A program made the position numbers and the translations under genes. The notes below the pieces were generated by a model. The model did not search any database, was not told the origin of the DNA, and saw only the letters and a program-made list of their open reading frames with translations. From Actinomycetota bacterium (GTDB lineage: Bacteria > Actinomycetota > CADDZG01 > WHSQ01), in NCBI GenBank assembly GCA_030447315.1, contig JAUJPD010000005.1:95140-159139 (forward strand): 64,000 bases of DNA. Reading direction: 5' to 3'. Shown one piece after another: positions 60,559 to 64,000 of the stretch. Position 1 is the first letter of the stretch. Each line of letters starts with the position of its first letter.

Positions 60559-62667
60559 TTAAGCCTCTGCCGCCGCTTGTTCGGAGCGGATGCGGACCAC
60601 GCCGGCCGTCACCGTCCCCCGGGGGAGAGAGAAGGAGAAGGTCGATCCTTTGCCCCACGTCGAGTCGACCCAGATGCGGCCGTTGTGCACCCGGACGAGC
60701 TGCGCGCACAGGTACAGGCCCACCCCGGTGCCTCCCTGCTCTCGTGTAGAGGATCCATCGACCTGGTGGAAGCGCTCGAAGATGTGGGGAATGTCGCTCG
60801 AGACCATGCCGACCCCCTTGTCGATGACGTCGATACGAAGATCGTTATCGTCCTCGGACGCTCTGACCACCACCGGTTCAGGTCCCGATGAGTACTTCAA
60901 GGCGTTCTCGACCAGATGGCGCAGGACCAGAGCGACCTTGGTCTCGTCGCAGGGCCACACCAGGGCGGGTATGTCGATGGTCACCTCCCGGCCCTCGTGC
61001 TCGCCGATGACATCGTGAGAGACCGCCTGGGCGAGCGCGGCTATGTCTACATGCTCGATCCGCAGTTGTGCTTCGCGCGATTCGATCTTCGAGACGTAGA
61101 GGAGGTCCTCGATGAGGCGTTCCAGCTGAGCAGCGCGCGAATCTATGGTCTTCAGAGCCTCGGCTGCATCCTCGGGCTTAAGCGTGTCGATCCTTCGCAA
61201 CAAGGTGCGCGCGAAGCCCTTGATGATCGTCAGGGGAGTGCGCAACTCGTGCCCGATCATGGCAACGAAGTCACGTTGCGTTTGAACAATCTCGCGCTCG
61301 GACGACACGTCATCCATGATCAAGACGCGCCCCATCGCAGCGTGAGGGACGTGAACGTCTGTCACGCGCACCTTGTGGATCCGGGGCGGGTTTCCCGCTA
61401 TGACCTCGCCCTGTAGCTTTCCCTGGTCGGTCAGCATGCGAACCACCTCGGGATGGGCGATGGTCTCCGACGCCGAGGCGCCCGCGGCGAACATGCCCGA
61501 GACGCCGAAGAGGGTCTCGAACGCCGGATTGAGCGCGACGATGTTGCCGCGCGCATCGACCAGCACGATGGGGTTGGGAACTCCCTGGATGATCGAGGCC
61601 AGCTCGGTCTCTTTGCGCTCGACCTCGCCGTGAAGCTCGGCGGCACCTATCGCTGTTCCCCCTTGTTGCGCGAACGCGCGGAACAGGTCTCTGCGCTCAT
61701 CGATGGTCCCAGGCTCCGCCTGGACGACTATCACGCCGGTGCTTCCACGTGCGGTCCGGAGTCCGGCGGCCACCATCTGACCCTGGTCCGGATGAACGAA
61801 TAAGGCAACGTCCGTGCGCTCGATCGCGTTCCGAACCTGCTCGAGTCCCAGGAGGACTCGGATCTTCTCCTTGGGGAAGCCGCGGAAGACGCCTCGGGTG
61901 ATGGCGCCTGTATCGCCGTCGAAGAGGCAGGCGAACCCCTCGTTAGAGCCGGCGAGGCGAGCCGCGCCGTCCAGAACGCTCTGCAGCAACATCTCGACAT
62001 CCAGGCTCCCGAGCAGGCCGCGGCTCGATTCGACCAGCGCCATCAGGTCCGAGGCCCGCTGCTCTGCTTGCTCGTGAAGCCGCGCCCGGTAGAGCAACGC
62101 CGCGGCCTGGTCGGCGAACATCTGGGCGACCCGCAGGTCTTCCTCTCCGAAGCTGGAAGGGGCGTCGGTGAGGGCGAGGCTCAAGACACCGATCCCGCGG
62201 CCTTGAACCCTCAACGGGACCACGATCGACGACGAGATCGAACGGTTCTTAGGGACGAAGTTGACGAAGGCGTCGCGGTCGACGGCGCCCAGCAGGAGGG
62301 GCTTGCCGGTCGCGAGGACGCGGCCCGCCACGCTTTCTCCGACGCGGATGGTGCCACCCAGCGCAACCTCCGAAGGAAGGCCATAAGACGCTGCCAGGGT
62401 GAGGGTCTGCCCGTCGTCTTCCAAGAGCATGATCGAGCCCTGCTCGGCCTGGAGCAGCTCGATGGCGGCCTCCACCATCCCCTGGACGGCTTCCGGCATC
62501 GGCGCGCCCGAAGCCGCGATCTCGGAGACCCTCAACGCCGCCTCCAAGGCGACCCGCGTCTTGTCGAAGGTCTCCGGGAGCTCCTTCGAGCCGCGCGCGA
62601 ACATAGGCATGCATCCAGTATCGGTGCAGCCGGAAGATGGATTGAGGAGGGGCAGCCCAAGCGGCAT
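60559..62667 (-). CDS. multi-GAF/PAS sensor histidine kinase
   Basis: H-box GHELRTPLTIIKG, ENALKYS, DKGVGM, GGTGVGLYL. The long N-terminal region looks GAF-like. The start is uncertain (several Met within the first 22 codons). Confidence 0.85.
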   Translation of the reverse strand: MPLGLPLLNPSSGCTDTGCMPMFARGSKELPETFDKTRVALEAALRVSEIAASGAPMPEAVQGMVEAAIELLQAEQGSIMLLEDDGQTLTLAASYGLPSEVALGGTIRVGESVAGRVLATGKPLLLGAVDRDAFVNFVPKNRSISSSIVVPLRVQGRGIGVLSLALTDAPSSFGEEDLRVAQMFADQAAALLYRARLHEQAEQRASDLMALVESSRGLLGSLDVEMLLQSVLDGAARLAGSNEGFACLFDGDTGAITRGVFRGFPKEKIRVLLGLEQVRNAIERTDVALFVHPDQGQMVAAGLRTARGSTGVIVVQAEPGTIDERRDLFRAFAQQGGTAIGAAELHGEVERKETELASIIQGVPNPIVLVDARGNIVALNPAFETLFGVSGMFAAGASASETIAHPEVVRMLTDQGKLQGEVIAGNPPRIHKVRVTDVHVPHAAMGRVLIMDDVSSEREIVQTQRDFVAMIGHELRTPLTIIKGFARTLLRRIDTLKPEDAAEALKTIDSRAAQLERLIEDLLYVSKIESREAQLRIEHVDIAALAQAVSHDVIGEHEGREVTIDIPALVWPCDETKVALVLRHLVENALKYSSGPEPVVVRASEDDNDLRIDVIDKGVGMVSSDIPHIFERFHQVDGSSTREQGGTGVGLYLCAQLVRVHNGRIWVDSTWGKGSTFSFSLPRGTVTAGVVRIRSEQAAAEA

Positions 62668-62717
62668 CCCCCGAGAAACCTTCTAAACCTTCTGCATCAC
62701 CCGCCGATAGATGAACC

Positions 62718-63047
62718 ATGACCACGATCAAGGCAACGTGCCCGGGCTGCGGAGAGGTCGACCTCAGCGCCGAAGACATACTCCTTCGGATCGGGGGCCT
62801 GGCCACCTCCAACAGCTACGGGTTCTCGTGTCCCGAGTGCGGCGACTTTGTCGAGAAGCCCGCAGACGACCGCATCGTGCGCCTGCTGCTGTCGGGCGGG
62901 GTGATGCCGATGTTGCTCAACATCCCGGCCGAGGCGCTCGAGCCCAAACAAGGCCCCCCGATCGACTACGACGACCTCCTTGCCTTCCACGAGGTGCTCA
63001 AAGGCGACGACTGGTTGGCCCAGCTGATCGGCCCCCCAGCGCAGTAA
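62718..63047 (+). CDS. hypothetical Zn-ribbon protein
   Basis: 109 aa with CPGC..(24 aa)..CPEC. No family recognised. Confidence 0.45.
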   Translation: MTTIKATCPGCGEVDLSAEDILLRIGGLATSNSYGFSCPECGDFVEKPADDRIVRLLLSGGVMPMLLNIPAEALEPKQGPPIDYDDLLAFHEVLKGDDWLAQLIGPPAQ

Positions 63048-63072
63048 GGCTGGGTACCAGGAAGCAACCAAC

Positions 63073-63100
63073 AGACGCCCTGCGGGGCGTCTTTGCTGTT
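63073..63100 (+). terminator. rho-independent terminator
   Basis: AGACGCCC-TGCG-GGGCGTCT hairpin followed by TTGCTGTT. Confidence 0.6.
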
Positions 63101-63121
63101 CGTCGCTTCTAGACTGCGCCG

Positions 63122-63448
63122 ATGCCATCCATCGGCCCCCTCGAGATCCTCGTCGTTTCCGTGATCGCGCTGATCGTCTTCGGCCCCCATCGCCTGCCCG
63201 AGATCGCCCGCACGGTGGGCAAGACCCTGGCCGAGCTGAAGCGGATGGCGACCGACGTCAGAGCTGATTTCGAAGAGGGCATGAAGGTCGAGGACGCCGA
63301 GGACGAGCCGGTGGAGGACGAGCCGGTCGAGGACGAGTCGGTCGAGGATGAGCCGGTCGAGGACGAGGTGGCTGGAGACGAGGTGGTCGAAGACGAGACC
63401 GAGGAGATCATCCCGGCTCCACCGGCGTCCAGGGCCACGGACGGCTGA
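63122..63448 (+). CDS. tatA: twin-arginine translocase subunit TatA/E with a long acidic repeat tail
   Basis: MPSIGPLEILVVSVIALIVFGPHRLPEIARTVGK (TM plus FG..LPE hinge), then a (V/P)EDE repeat tail. Confidence 0.9.
   Translation: MPSIGPLEILVVSVIALIVFGPHRLPEIARTVGKTLAELKRMATDVRADFEEGMKVEDAEDEPVEDEPVEDESVEDEPVEDEVAGDEVVEDETEEIIPAPPASRATDG
63299..63388 (+). repeat. 15-bp in-frame tandem repeat (about 6 units) inside tatA
   Basis: GAGGACGAGCCGGTG / GAGGACGAGCCGGTC / GAGGACGAGTCGGTC / GAGGATGAGCCGGTC / GAGGACGAGGTGGCT / GGAGACGAGGTGGTC, encoding EDEPV-type units. Confidence 0.85.
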
Positions 63449-64000
63449 TGAGCGAATCCAGCAACCTGAGGCGTCGTCGCCTCGGCTTCGTCAAGCGCAG
63501 GCGGTCCAGGGCCCAGACCCAGGCCATGACGATGGTCGAGCACCTGGTCGAGCTGCGCAAGAGGTTGGTCTTCTCGCTGGCGGCCTTCGTGGCGATCTCC
63601 GTCGCCGCCTTCTTCTTCTTCGAGCCCATCCTGGATTTCCTCTTGAGCCCTCTGTGCACGCTGCCCAAGAGCCTCCTGGGCCCCCAGGGCTGCGCCCTTA
63701 GCGGCTTCGGTCCGGCCGAGCCCTTCGTCGTCCGCCTGAAGGTCACCGCGATGGTCGGCGTGGTCTTTTCCGCTCCGGTATGGCTGTATCAGGTGTGGGC
63801 GTTCGTGACCCCCGGCCTCACCCCGGGAGAGAAGAAGTACGCGCTTCCTTTCATCGCGTCCTCGATCCTGCTCTTCGCTACCGGGGTGACCTTCGCCTAC
63901 CTGACCCTTGCGCCGGGCCTCAGGTTCCTGATCGGGCTCGGTGAGGGCCTCATCACGCCTTTCTTCAGGGCCGACGCCTATCTGAACTTCGTGGGGCTGA
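63448..64000 (+). CDS. tatC: twin-arginine translocase subunit TatC (3' end outside the window)
   Basis: TGATG overlap with tatA. My own translation gives ..MTMVEHLVELRKRLVFSLAAFV..PVWLYQVWAFVTPGLTPGEKKYALPF.., open to the window edge. It is absent from the ORF track because it has no stop in the window. Confidence 0.9.
   Translation, partial: MSESSNLRRRRLGFVKRRRSRAQTQAMTMVEHLVELRKRLVFSLAAFVAISVAAFFFFEPILDFLLSPLCTLPKSLLGPQGCALSGFGPAEPFVVRLKVTAMVGVVFSAPVWLYQVWAFVTPGLTPGEKKYALPFIASSILLFATGVTFAYLTLAPGLRFLIGLGEGLITPFFRADAYLNFVGL

Overview
High-GC, actinobacterial-type chromosome segment with tightly packed genes and many 4-nt ATGA/GTGA start-stop overlaps. From left to right: (1) A glycolytic block, gap(partial)-pgk-tpiA-apgM-secG, followed by two orphan family-5 solute-binding lipoproteins, a terminator and tRNA-Leu(GAG). 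(2) A small decayed islet next to the tRNA: a frameshifted tyrosine integrase, hicAB, an SRPBCC protein and a membrane ORF. (3) A near-complete aerobic-type cobalamin cluster of about 24.5 kb. It comprises a B12 riboswitch, cbtBA, cobG, cobH, cobIJ, cobF, cobK, cobC-like, cobQ, cobN, cobA, chlID-like, cobO, an ApgM-like ORF, cobB, cobL, cobM, bluB-cobT, cbiB, cobD, cobU and cobS. The cluster lies exactly between two 33-nt direct repeats that resemble the tRNA-Leu 3' end. (4) A lower-GC junction zone: recombinase-tail and response-regulator remnants, a hybrid histidine kinase, a beta-carbonic anhydrase, and a 1.7-kb cassette flanked by a duplicated ABC-transporter 5' end. (5) Core genes: a DrrABC-like ABC-2 exporter, a REC-GGDEF regulator, DUF3151, a hydrolase, HIT, DsbA-like and HtrA. 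(6) A TtuB-like/TtuA/TrmI tRNA-modification trio directly upstream of a full Pup-proteasome locus (mpa, dop, pup, prcB, prcA, pafA, DUF3866, pafB, pafC), followed by a GAF histidine kinase, a Zn-ribbon ORF, tatA and tatC(partial). At least 16 recognisable genes are interrupted by single-base frame changes, many of them in short homopolymers. I cannot tell from this sequence alone whether these are sequencing/assembly indels or real decay. No rRNA or CRISPR array was seen. All calls rest on reading the translations and recalling family motifs; no database search was run.
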